From NCBI RefSeq assembly GCF_009914755.1, contig NC_060928.1: a stretch of DNA of 64,000 bases. One strand, given 5' to 3'. This DNA is from the human T2T-CHM13v2.0 reference genome, Homo sapiens. The position numbers and the translations under genes were made by a program. Shown in pieces: positions 43,778 to 56,797 of this stretch. Position 1 is the first letter of the stretch, and every line of letters begins with the position of its first letter. The notes beneath the pieces were generated by a model, which was not told where the DNA came from, did no database searches, and saw nothing but the letters and a program-made list of their open reading frames with translations.

Positions 43778-44849
43778 AAGCTGTTAGCACAGCCAATACT
43801 CAACTAACCTTGAAAGAAAATATAGTCAGCAAAGATGATAACCAAGTTTAGAGGTAGAAAAATCTAACAGGGCCATCAAAAAGAAGAAGAAAATAAATAA
43901 GAAAATAAAAACCTTCTCTGCAATCTATACAGTCTCAGTTCAGACCCCAAACTGAAACCTGATATTCTATCTCCTATAAATATTGACTGATCCTTTCCCA
44001 TGGTCTGGGGCAATGGCTCCTGAAAATAAGCAAGTGATTAATATGAGGTCCCAGCTCCAAATAGATTGCTCTTTTCTGTCCATTTTCTTAAATTTCCCAT
44101 CTTTCATTCACATTCACCAAAAACTCAATAAAAGAACCTTAGGTAAGATAAATAAAATCATTAAAAATAAATAATTTTCCATAACACATATAGTCACAGA
44201 ATATTACTTTTTTATAGTACAAATTCACCTCTCAATAAATGTTTTTACTGAAAAGTTTGTATAGCATACCTCAGGATTCAGGGTATCATAGGTAGCTTAT
44301 AAAACCTATATAATGTTTTTATAATGTAAAATATAGAAAAAAGCCAATAAAGATAGATAATTTAGCAATAATAATAATTATGGTAATGATAATGAAAACA
44401 ATAATAAGTAGCCCAAATCTGAGAAAGATAAAGAATTTTAAAGTACCAGTTACAAAGCCTTAACTGAATGCTAAATATAGATTTAAATTTTATTTTGAAC
44501 ATCTTGAAGCCTAGAGAAAAATGGAAGATATGACCAGCATCATATTTTATACAAATATTTCACTCTTTGTAATTACCATCAGTGATTCTTTCTTCTTTCC
44601 TCCCCAGCCAGCCAATAAAAGTTGAACCGAAGTGGAAAAGGTGAAATTAGTTTTCTGAGTTAAAGATTGATGACTGTAACCACCATTAATTTGAATTTGT
44701 ACACTGTTTGTTATTTACTTGGATTTGAATTCAAGGTAAATAATATAAGAAATATGGTTTACAGTTGGAAACATGTCTACTTTTCTATGACAAAGATTGA
44801 TGAAAGGGAAGTTTACAATTAAAATTTTATTAGTGTGAACCTTGAAAAC

Positions 44850-45060
44850 AAATTAGTTAGTGAGTGGTTCTCTAGGGCTGGGAGAGAGGAAGAATGGTTC
44901 ATAATGTTAACAGGAATTAGGTTTTTTTTGAAGTGATGAAAATGTTCTGTAATTAGTTATGGTGATAGTTTTAAGACTGTCAATATACTAAAAATCATGG
45001 ATTGTACACTTTAAACGAGTAAATGTATGATATATGAAGTGTATTTTAATTTTTAAAAAT
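44850..45060 (+). mobile_element. L1MB/ME 3' end fragment
   Basis: 'gtgatgaaaatgttctgtaattag...attgtacactttaaa'. Confidence 0.7.
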
Positions 45061-45839
45061 TAAAAATGTATCAGTAATATAGATATATGAGTGGAAAAAA
45101 ATCAAATGTAACAGATAAGAAAGTAATTTGATTGGACTTTAAAAAATGAAAAAATAAGTCTTCTATCAATGAAATATTTATAAAAACAGTATTTTTAATT
45201 AACCTATATAAAAGTGGGACTTATGTATTTTCCAAATTGATTTATTTTCTCAATGCATTAGCTTATTGTTTTGCCATTTTGTAGATTCAACATGACATAC
45301 TTTTTCAGGTAGGAACCATGACATATAATTATCTTTTACAATCTCAAAGTGATTAGCACAGTTTGGTAAACAGTAGAACTGTGTAATATAAACTTAGTGA
45401 TAGAAAATTGGCATAATCTTAGTGACTTTTCAAATACTGACCTTGTTTCAGAATGTTAACCCAACCTATTAGAGGATGCTATAAAGCTAGAAATAAGTCC
45501 AAATATATTTAATAACAGATTAATATCCAAAAATTAGATCAATACGTTAAAAAAATGGGTTAACTATAAAATGGATTTTATAAGAAAACATTAGAAAGCA
45601 GGCAAACAAATAAAAGAAAACAGGTGTCAACTGATTAAATATCCAACATGAAAAACAAGGTTTAATTGCTGAGTTTGTGAAAATAACTTGAAGAGCCAAC
45701 TGGCTGCAAATGTGTTGGAAAAGGGCCTGGCTACAGACTCAGAAAAACTCAGAGATGCATCTCAGCTATTTCCCTTAGCTAAATTCTTAAATGTTCTTAG
45801 TCACAGTTTCTAAGAACTCATTTAAAAGTAGTCACTCCT

Positions 45840-46213
<374 letters not shown>

Positions 46214-46572
46214 CTATATGTCAAGTATTACATTACATCTCTATCACTTTAAGCTTCATTCTTGATAATTTTTCCCTGTTTTAACATCTAATTTATAAAT
46301 ATTTTCTTCAGCTCTGTCTAGTCCACTTTTAGCCCATCTACGAAGTTTTGTTCTGCTTGTTTTTGAGTGCCGTTCACCTCTAGGTATGCTAAGAAAACAG
46401 AGTGGTCATTCAAAATGTGGGGTTTGGAGTCATCCTGACCTGGGTTTTAATTACAGATCTGCTATCCTCTAGTAACAGGCCACTAGGACCTCAGGAGGTT
46501 CTTAGGGTTTAGTTTTTCCTCATCTAAATATAAGGAAAACAGCACTTGCCTCACAGACTTATTCTAAGCATT

Positions 46573-47012
46573 TGTATTAGTTCATGTTCTCCAAGATACA
46601 AATGCCAAGACTGCAATAAATGTCCAAATATGTAATAGGGGAGAAGCATGAGAAAGAAAATATGAAGCTGGATAGGCTGGGAAACAAGCCCAATGCTAGT
46701 GAAGATGAGAGGGAAGAAACATTCCTGGAAGCATCCCAGACCAGCATGAAGCCTAAAGAGGGTTCAGCAAGATCAAAGTCCACTGTCCGGGGTTCCTGGA
46801 GTCACAGTTATCCATAGTCAACATACACGTTTCCTGGAATGGACCTGCCTTAGTATCCCTGCCACACTCAGTCACTGGCTAAGAACATGCCCATGGGAAG
46901 AGTGGCCTCCATACAAATGTGATGATAGATTACAGAGCCAACAGGTGTCTGACCTAGTCAAGTAAGCACTCTATTATTGGAGGTCTTCAAGTCACATTTG
47001 CATGACTGCTAT
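46573..47012 (-). mobile_element. LTR16-family ERVL solo LTR
   Basis: 'ggaatggacctgccttagtatccctgccacactcagtcactggct...gtggcctc'. Confidence 0.7.
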
Positions 47013-47028
47013 AGTGTTAAACAATTAT

Positions 47029-47404
47029 TGATATGGCTTGGCTGTGTCCTCACCCAAGTCTCATCTTGAATTGTAACTCCCATAATTCCTACGTGTCGTG
47101 GGAGAAAGCCGGTGGGAGGTAATTTAATCACGGGAGTGGGTCTTTCCCATGCTGTTCTTGTGATAGTGAATAAGTCTCACAAGATCTGATAGTTTTAAAA
47201 ACAGGAATTTCCTTGCACAATCTCTCTCTCTCTCTTTGCCTGCTGCCATCCATGTAAGACAAGCCCTTCACCTTCCACCATGATTGTGAGGCCTCCCCAG
47301 CCAAGTGGAACTGTAAGTCCAATAAACTTCTTTTTTTTTTTTTTTTTGGTAAATTAACCAGTCTAAAGCATGTCTTTAGCAGCAGCGTGAAAACAGACTA
47401 ATAA
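47029..47404 (+). mobile_element. THE1A/B solo LTR
   Basis: 'tgatatggcttggctgtgtcc' to 'gcgtgaaaacagactaat'; TSD attat/attac. Confidence 0.93.
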
Positions 47405-50400
47405 ATTACATACAATAAGTGCTCATCACAGAGCCTGACAGAGCAGCACACTCTACTTCATAAATGATCAAGAGGCGGTCGTGCAACATTGGAGTATGGT
47501 GACTCAGTTCACTGCTAAGCCTGAGGCTTCCTCTGAAGCACCAATCAACCATTCCTAGATATCATGTTAGCAGAGGTGTTCTACAAATGTCAATAAACCA
47601 TAGCCTCAAGAGTTACAGAAAGTAACTTAATAGAAAGTCTTAATAGAAGAGGTGGCATCTGATTTAGTTCTAAAGAATGAGAGCAACAGGAGAATTCCAG
47701 GCAGCCTTAGAGTAACTATCTTGAGCAAAGACTGATAGAAATACAGAGAGAGGGGTGATTAGAACATTTCTATGGTAAACATGCTTATGGTGACTCCTTT
47801 CTGGGAGAATTACCTGTTGGAAAGGTGTCTCTTCTGCATCATTTGAGAGTTGCAAATGAAAGAGACAACAGTGAGCACTGAAAATGACTCACCAGGGCTT
47901 CAGAGTAAATATGCACAACTTTGAAATTCAATACCAAACACTTTTCCTCCATGCCAAAGAACAAATTCTGTGTGCAACCCACCAAGGAGGCACTGGGTCT
48001 GGAGAAAACTCAGTCTGTTAAAAAAAACGTGTAGAATAGAGAATCCCGGGATTTCTATTTTAGCCACAGTTGAATCAGTCACCTGGAACAGGTCTTCTAA
48101 CACACTGAAACGGCTCTCTTATCTTTACAATAGATGCTGGGGCTACTTACTCTCTGTGTCCATTATCAACCAGAAAAATGCTACAATTTTGCCCTGGGTA
48201 ATCACTAAAATAAGTAAACCCTGAAGATTTCTGACTCAAAAGCTGTTTTATCCTTTTCAGCTCTCTGATTCTTATTTTTACTCCTAGGGGGAGAAAAGTA
48301 ACTATTGCCATTCATCAAAGGTGAAAGTCATGAAACAGCTAATTGGTTTTGAATTTAGTCTCATCAGGGGGTCAAGAAAAAAATTTGGATCAGATTTGAC
48401 AGTTTTGATTGTGTCCTTAATGTTTTGTCTTTGAAAGAAAAGAGATGCATTTTTCAAAAGTCAAGGAGAAAATGATCTCCAAGGTATCTAACTTGCATAT
48501 TAGAAAATATACCTTGCCTATCAAGGAATGTTTGAGTTTGTAGCAAAAGTGAAAGTCAACTCTCAGATAATCCAGGAGTGAAAGGGATCATGGACACGGA
48601 TAGCAAAAATCATGATGGCAGAGCGTGCTGCGGAGATAACTAAGGGGGGACTAGGCCTGATCTTATTTTAATAGCTCTCCGCTGCCTGCTCGCTGTGGGC
48701 CTAATTGGCTTGACATCCTCTCTTTTCCATCTAAGAACTTTCCAAAGGCAGACTTGTCATCTGTCTTCACAAAGCTTATAGAAGGAAAAACATGGAGAGA
48801 CCCCACTCAGTGAAGGCCTCTATATCTCCCTTTGACCACATTCTGACTCCAGCTAAAATGCCAGCGTCATCCCCCTAAAACCCCAATTATCTTGAAAAGC
48901 CAAGCCTAAAGTCTATGTTTCTTTATATCACTCCCTGCCTGAGTTTCTTGATTTAAACAAACATATGGCGATGGATGAAGCAGGGTAAGATAAACTGTAT
49001 GTTGGAAGTAGGAGATAGTATTAATTAGAGGTTTTTAATAATGACCCGTCTTGAATGGAAAAGCCATCTCAATGTTAAACACAGAGAATTTATAGACCCA
49101 TTATTAGTGTGGTCCTGGAAGACTGAAATTTGAGTGTTTATCTCAGATGACATTGCAGTCATTAAGCATAAGTTCTAAAAACTATGCCTATTAACAGATC
49201 TACCCTAGGTTTTATGACTTAGTGATAGCTGGCATATTAGTTAGGGTTTAAAAAAAAAAAAAAAAAACTTGGCGGAGGGGCAAATATGGTCTAGTAGAAA
49301 CAGCTCTGGTCTGCAGCTTCCACTGAGACATATGCAAAAGGCGGCATGATTTCTGCATTTCCAACTGAGGTACCCAGATTGTCTCATTGAGACTGACTAG
49401 GCGGTTGATGTGACCCATGGAGAGCAAAGAAAAGCAGGTTTGGGCGACGGCTCACCCGGGAGCTGCACGGGGCAAAGGGACCTCCCTACCCAAGGCAAGG
49501 GAGGTGGTGAGGGACTGTGCTACCCACCTGGGGTTCTACTCTTTTCCCATGGATTTTTGGAATCTGCAGATCAGAAGATTCCCTCGTGTGCTTACACTAC
49601 CAGGGCCTTGGGTCCCAAGCACGAAACTGGCAGACCCACAACAGTTGCTCGGGTCGGTGGCCATTCAGGCAGGCACTGAGCTGCAGGAGGTTTTACATAC
49701 TCCAGCAGCTCCTGGAACTCCACGGAGGCAGGAGAGCTGTCCATTCACGTGGAAAGGGGGCTGAAGCCAGGGAGCCAAGCAGCCTGCCTCAGCGAGTCCC
49801 ATTCCCATGAAACCCCACAAGATAAGACCCACTGACTTGGAATCCCCACTGGCCAGCACAACAGCCTAGAGTCTGCCTGGGATGACTGAGTTCCTTGGGG
49901 AAGGGATCACTGCCATTACTGAGGCTCTAGTCGGCGGTTTTCCCCTGCCAGTGCTCGGGAGGCTGGGTGGTTTGGACTGGTCAGTATTCCCCACAGCGCA
50001 GTACAGTGGCTGTGACAGATCATGGCCAGAATGCTTCTTTAGGTGGGACCTGGATCCATCCATCCCCCCTCACCAGGGAGAGCCTCCCTGCAGGAATTCC
50101 AGCAACTCCAGCCAGGGATATACAGACAAAACTCTCGTCTCCCTGGGACAGAGCACCTCAGGGGAGGGGTAGCTGCAGTCTCAGGTTCAGTGGACTTAAT
50201 CTTTCTTGCCTGCTTGCTCTGAAGAGTCTGGGTGATCCAGACAAGGGAGATTACTCCAGCCCAGCACACCAACTCTGCTAAAGGGCAGCCAGACTGCTTC
50301 TTTAAGCAGGTCTCTGATCCCATGCCTCCTGACTGGGTGAGAACTCCCAACAGGGGTAGCCAGACACCCCATACAGGAGAGCTCCGGCTGGCATCAGGTT

Positions 50401-51511
50401 GGTGTCCCTCTGGGACGAAACTCCCCGAGGAAGGGGCAGGCAGCAATCTTTGCTGTTCTGCAGCCTCCACTGGTGATATCCTGATGAACAGGGTCTGGAG
50501 TGGACCCCCAGCAAACTGCAGCAGACCTGAAGAAGAGGGGCCTATTAGAAGAAAAAGAAACAAACAGAAAGCAACAATAACAACAGCATCAACAAAAAGA
50601 GACACCACACAAAAACCCCATCCAAAGGTCAACAGCCTCAAAAAGCAAAGGTAGATAAATCCATGAAGAGGAGGAAAAACCATCACAAAAACACTGAAAA
50701 TTCCCAAACCCAGAATGCCTCTTTTCCTCAAAATGACTGCAACACTTCTCCAGCAGGGGGACACAGTGGGGCTGAAGCTGAGGTGGATGGCTTCAGAAAG
50801 TGGGTAATAGTGAATTTCTCTGAGCTGAAGGATTATATTCTAACCCAATGCAAAGAAGCTAATAACCATGATAAAAGGTTACAGGAACCATTAACTAGAA
50901 TAACCAGTTTAGAGAGGAACATAAATGGCCTGATGGAGCTGAGGAACACAGCATGAGAACTTTATGAAACATACACAAGTAACAATAGCTGAATCAACCA
51001 AGTGGCAGAAAGAATATCTGAGCTTAAAGACTATCTTGCCGAAATAAGGCAGGCAGACAATATTAGAGAAAAAAAATAAAAAAGAAGAAACAAAACCTTT
51101 GAGAACTATCGAACTATGTAAAAAGACCAAATCTATGACTGATTGGAGTACCTGAAAGAGATGAGGAGAATGGAACCAAGTTGGAAAACACACTTCAGGA
51201 TATCATCCAGGAGAACCTTCCCAATGTAGCAAGACAGGCCGTCATTCAAATTCAGGAAATCCAGAGAACCCCAGTAAGATACTCCATGAGAAGATCAACC
51301 CCAAGACACATAATCTTCAGATTCTCCGAGGTTGAAATGAAGGAAAATTGTTAAGGGAAGCCAGAGGGAAAGGCCAGGTCACTTACAAAGGGAAGGCCAT
51401 CAGACTAACAGCAGATCTCTCAGTGGAAAACCTACAAGCCAGAAGAGACTGGGGGCCAATATTCAACATTCTTAAAGAAAAGAATTTCCAACCCAGAATT
51501 TCATATATGGC

Positions 51512-51921
51512 TGATATCATTTGGCTGTGTCCCCACACAAATCTCATCTTCATTGTAGCTCCCACAACTTTCCTTTGTCATGGGAGGGACCCAGTGGAAG
51601 GTAATTGAATCATGGGGGCAGTTTCCCCTCTACTGTTTTGGTGGCAGTGAATAAGTTTCATGAGATATGATAGTTTTACAAAGGGCTTTCCCCTTTCACT
51701 TGGCTCTCATTATCGCTTGTCTGTCACCATGTAGGACGTGCCTTTTGCCTTCCACCATAATTGTGAGGCCTCCCCAGCCATATGGAACTGTGAGTCTGTT
51801 AAACCACTTTTTCTTTATGAATTACCCAATCCCAGGTATTTCTTTTTTTTATTTTATTATTATTATACTTTAAGTTTTAGGGTACCTGTGCTTATTACCA
51901 GCATGAGAACACATTAAAACA
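51512..51921 (+). mobile_element. THE1B/C LTR inserted in L1 ORF1
   Basis: 'tgatatcatttggctgtgtccccac' to 'gagaacacattaaaaca'; L1 ORF1 resumes at 'ccagccaaactaagc'. Confidence 0.92.
51843..51891 (-). mobile_element. Extremely 5'-truncated young L1 (L1PA2/3-like) 3' tail
   Basis: Reverse complement reads 'gcacaggtaccctaaaacttaaagtataataataat' followed by an A-rich tail. Confidence 0.8.
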
Positions 51922-52156
51922 CCAGCCAAACTAAGCTTCATAAGTGAAAGAGAAATAAAATCCTTTTCACACAAGCAAATGCCAAAGGATATTGTCACCA
52001 CCAGGCCTGCCTTGCAAGAGCTCCTGAAGGAAGCACTAAAAATGGGAAGGAACAACCAATATCAGCCACTCCAACAACACAATGAAGTACACAGATCAAC
52101 GACACTATGAAGCAACTACATTAACAAGTCTACAGAATTACCCAACCAGCATCACG

Positions 52157-55100
52157 ATGACAGGATCAAATTCACACATAACAATATTAACGTTAAATGT
52201 AAATGGGCTAAATTCCCCATTAAAAGACACAGAATAGCAAGCTGGATAAACAGACAAGACCCATTGGTGTGCTGTATTTAAAAAAAAAAAAAAATCTCAC
52301 ATGCAAAGACACACAAAGGCTCAAAATAAAGGGAAAGAGGAAAGTTTACCAAGCAAATGGAAAGCAGAAAAAAATCAGGGGTGGCAATTGTAGTTTCTAA
52401 CAAAATAGACTTTAAACCAGCAAAGGTAAAAAAAGACAAAGAAGGGCATTACATAATGGTAAAGGCTTCAATTCAACAAGAAGAGCTAACTATTCCAAAT
52501 GTCTATGCTCCCAATACAGAGGCACCCAGATTCATAAAATAAGTTCTTAAAGACTACAAAGAGACTTAGAGCCCCACACAATTATACTGAGATACTTTAA
52601 TACCCTGCTGTCAGTATTACACAGATCATTGAAGTGGAAAATTAACAAAGATTTTCAGGACTTCAACTCAGCTCTGGATCAAGTGGACCTGATAGATATC
52701 TATAGAACTCTCCACCCCCAAACAAGAGAATATACATTTTTCTCAGCGACACACGGCACTTACTCTAAAATTGATCACATAATTGGAAGTAAAACACTCC
52801 TCAGCAAGCGCAAAATAATTGAAATCATAACAAACAATCTATCAGACCACAGCATAATCAAATTAGAACTCAAGATTAAGAAACCCACTCAAAACAACTC
52901 TACTACATGGAAATTGAACAACCTGCTCCTGAATAACTTCTGGGTAAGTAATGAAATTAAGGCAGAAATCAAGAAGTTCTTTGAAACTAATGAGAACAAA
53001 GAAACAATATACCAGAATGTCTGGGACACAGCTAAAACAGTGTTAAGAGGAAAATTTATAGCATTAAATGCCCACATCAAAAGGCAAGGAAGATCTCAAA
53101 TTGACACTCTCATATCACAGCTCAAAGAACTAGAGGAGAAAGAGCAAACACCAGAGCTAGCAGAATACAAGAAATAACCAAGGTCAGAGTGAAACTGGAG
53201 AAGCTACAGACATGAAAAACCCTTCAAAAAATCAATGAATCCAGGAGCTGGCTTTTTTGAAAATAATCAATAAAATAAATAGATTGATAGCCAGACTAAT
53301 GAAGAAAAGAAAGGAGATTCAAATAAACATAATCAGAAATAATAAGGGGGATACCACCGACCCCACAAAAATACAAACAACCATCAGAGAATACTGTAAA
53401 CACCTCTATGCAAATAAACTGGAAAATCTGGAAGAAATGGATAAATTCCTGCACACATACACCCTTCCAAGACTGAACCAGGAAGAAGTTGAACCCCTGA
53501 ATAGACCAATAACAAGTTCTGAAATTAAGGCAGTAATAAATAGCCTACCAATCAAAAAAAGCATAGAAACAGATAGATTTATAGCTGAATTCTATCAGAG
53601 GAACAAAGAAGAGCTGGTACTTTTTCTTCTGAAACTATTCCAAACAATTGAAAAGGAGAAACTCCTCCCAAATTCATTTTATGAGGCTAGCATTATCCTG
53701 ATACCAAAACCTGGCAGAGATACAGCAAATAAAGAAAACTTTAGGCAAATATCCCTGATGAACATTGATGCAAAAATCCTTAATAAAATACAGGCAAACC
53801 AAACCCAGCAGCACATCAAAAAGCTTATCCACCACAATTGAGTCAGCTTCGTCCCTGGGATGCCAGGCTGGTTCAACATATTTAAATCCATAAACATAAT
53901 TCATCCTAATCCTATAAACACAACTAAAGACAAAAACCACATGATTATTTCAATAGATGCAGAAAAGGTCTTTGATAAAATTCAACATCCCTTCATATTA
54001 AAAACTCTCAATAAACTAGATATTGAAGGAACATACCTCAAAATAATAAGAGCAATTTATGACAAACCCACAGCCAATATCATGCTGGATGGGCAAAAGC
54101 TGGAAGCGTTCCCCTTGAAAACTGGCACAAGACAAGGATGCCCTCTCTCACCACTCTTATTCAACATAGTATTGGAAGTTCTTGCCAGGGCAATCAGGCA
54201 AGAGAAAGAAATAAATGGTATTCAAATAGGAAGAGAGGAAGTCAAATTGTCCCTGTTTGCAGATGGCATGATCCTATATCTAGAAAACCTCATCAACTCA
54301 GCCCAAAAGCTTTTTAAGCAGATAAGCAATTTCAGCATAGTCTCGGGATGCAAAATCAATGTGGAAAAATCACAAGCATTCTTATATACCAACAACAGAC
54401 AAGCCGAGAGCCAAATCATGAGTGAACTCCCATTCCCAGTTGCCACAAAAAGAATGAAATACCCAGGAATACAGCTAAAAAGGAAGGTGAAGGGCCTCTT
54501 CAAGGAGAACTAGCAACCACTGCTCAAGGAAATCAGAGAGGACACAAGCAGATGAAAAAACATTCCATGCTCATGGATAGAAAGAATCAATATTATGAAA
54601 ATGGCCATACTGCCCAAAGCAATTTGTAGATTCAATGCTATTCCCATTAAACACCATTGACATTTTTAAATTCTTCCATAATTAAGAAAAACTTTTAAAA
54701 AATTCATATGTAACCAAAAAAGAGCTTGTATACCCAGGACAATCCTAAGCAAAAAGAACAAAGCTGGAGGCATCATGCTATCTGACTTCAAAATATACTA
54801 TAAAGCTACAGTAACCAAAACAGCATGGTACTAAAACATAAACAGGCACATAGATCAATGGAACAGAATAGAGAACTCAGAAATAAAACTACACATCTAT
54901 AACCATCTGATCTTTGACAAACTGACGAAAACAAGCAATGGGAAAAGGATTCCCTACTTAACAAATGGTGCTGGGAGAACTGGCTAACTATATGCAGGAA
55001 ATTGAAACTGGACCCCTACTTATACCTTATACAAAAATTAACTCAAGATGGATTAAAGACTTAAATGTAAACCCAAAACTATAAAAACTCCAGGAGAAAA

Positions 55101-55982
55101 TCTAGGCAATACCATTGAGGACATAGGCAGGGGCAAATATTTTTATGATGAAATTGCCAAAAGCAATTGCAACAAAAACAAAAATTGACAAATGAGATCT
55201 AATTAAACTAAAGAGGTTCTGCACAGCAAAAGAAACTATCATCAGAGCAAACAGACAACCTACAGAATGGGAGAAAATTTTTGTAATCTATCTATCTAAC
55301 AAAGGTCTAATATCCAGAATCTACAAGAAACTTAAGCAAATTTCTGAGAAAAAAAAAAGTGGGCTAAGGACATGAACTAACACTTCTCAAAAGAAGACAA
55401 ACACGCAGCCAAAAAACATATGAAAAAAAACTGAACATCACTAATCCTTAGAGAAATGCAAATAAAAATCACAATGAGATACCATCTCACACCACCAGTC
55501 AAAATGATGATTATTAAAAAGTCAGGAAACAACAGATACTGGCAAGGTTGCAAAGGAATAGGAACACTTTTACACTGTTGGTGGGAATGTAAATTAGTTC
55601 AACCAATGTGGAAGACAGTATGGTGATTCCTCAAAGATTTAGAACCAGAAATACTATTTGACCCAGCAATCCCATTACTGGGTATATACCCAAAGGAATA
55701 TAAATCATTCTATTATAAAGACACATGCACCCGTATATTCATTGCAGCACTATTCACAATAGCAAAGACATGCAATCAACTCAAATGCCCCTTAATAGCA
55801 GACTGGATTTTAAAAATGTGTTACATATACACCATGGTATACTATGCAGCCATAAAAAGGAATGAGATCATGTCCTCTCATTTGCAGGGACACGGATGGA
55901 GCTGGAAGTCGTTATTCTCAGCAAACTAACACAGGAACAGAAAACCAAACACTGCATGTTCTCACTTATAAGTGGAAGCTGA
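52157..55982 (+). pseudogene. L1 ORF2 (endonuclease/reverse transcriptase), disrupted
   Basis: MTGSNSHITI start, [21 protein letters not shown]; FADD mutated to FADG; many stops and frameshifts. Confidence 0.95.
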
Positions 55983-56797
55983 ACAATGAGAACACATGGA
56001 CACAGGGAGGGGAACAACAGACACTGGGGCCTGTCAAGGGAGGATGGGGGTTGTGGGAGAGCATTAGGAAAAATTGGTAACACATGCTGGGCTTAATATC
56101 TAGGTGATGGGTTGATAGGTGCAGCAAACCACCATGGCACACTTTTACCTATGTAACATACATGCACATCCTGCACATATTCCCCAGAACTTAATAGAGT
56201 AAAATAAAATAAAACATAACTAATAGGGATACACATATATTAGGAGATTCTATTTATCTGTCTATATGTCTTATTTTTTAAAATACCATATATATATACA
56301 CACACACCATAAATACCATATTTGGTATGTATATGTCATATATATATTTAAAAATGTACGATATATACCATATACAGGATTTTTAAAAATACCACGTATA
56401 TACACATATATTCACACACACACACACAGACACAGAAACACACACATATATTTATATGGTATTGGTTCATGAGATTATGGAGGCTAATAAGTTCCAAATT
56501 CTGTCATCCATGAATGAGAGACACACACAGGAGAGTGGCATAATTCAAAGGCCTGAGAGCATGAAAGCCAATGGTTTAGGTGTCAGTCCAAGGGCAGGAA
56601 AGGATTGATGTGTCAGCTCAAACAGTCAGGCAGAGAGCCAGCAAATCCTCTCTTCCTTCATCTTATTTTTCTATTCAGGCCCTCAATGGATTAGATGATG
56701 CCCACTAACATTGGAAAAGATAATCCACTTTACTCAGTCTTATCAATTCAAAAGCTAATGTCTTATAGAAACATCCTCACAGAGAGACTCAGAAATA

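Larger units (their letters stand above)
50663..52110 (+). pseudogene. L1 ORF1 (RNA-binding chaperone), disrupted
   Basis: Peptides 'TRITSLERNINGLMELRNTA' and 'IRLTADLS...RRDWGPIFNILKEKNFQPRISY'; stops, frameshifts and a THE1 insertion. Confidence 0.9.
49270..56214 (+). mobile_element. Full-length inactive L1 (L1PA8A/L1PA10-like)
   Basis: ~1.4 kb 5' UTR, ORF1 and ORF2 remnants, 3' UTR 'gggttgataggtgcagcaaaccaccatggcac' and A-rich tail. Confidence 0.95.

Noticed and set aside
52629-54513. Endonuclease/RT ORFs as a novel RT system (retron- or DGR-like)
   Set aside because: They are collinear, frameshifted fragments of ordinary LINE-1 ORF2 with mutated catalytic motifs.
56230-56460. TA/CA-rich tract with quasi-palindromes
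   Set aside because: Expansion of the microsatellite normally present inside MLT2 LTRs.
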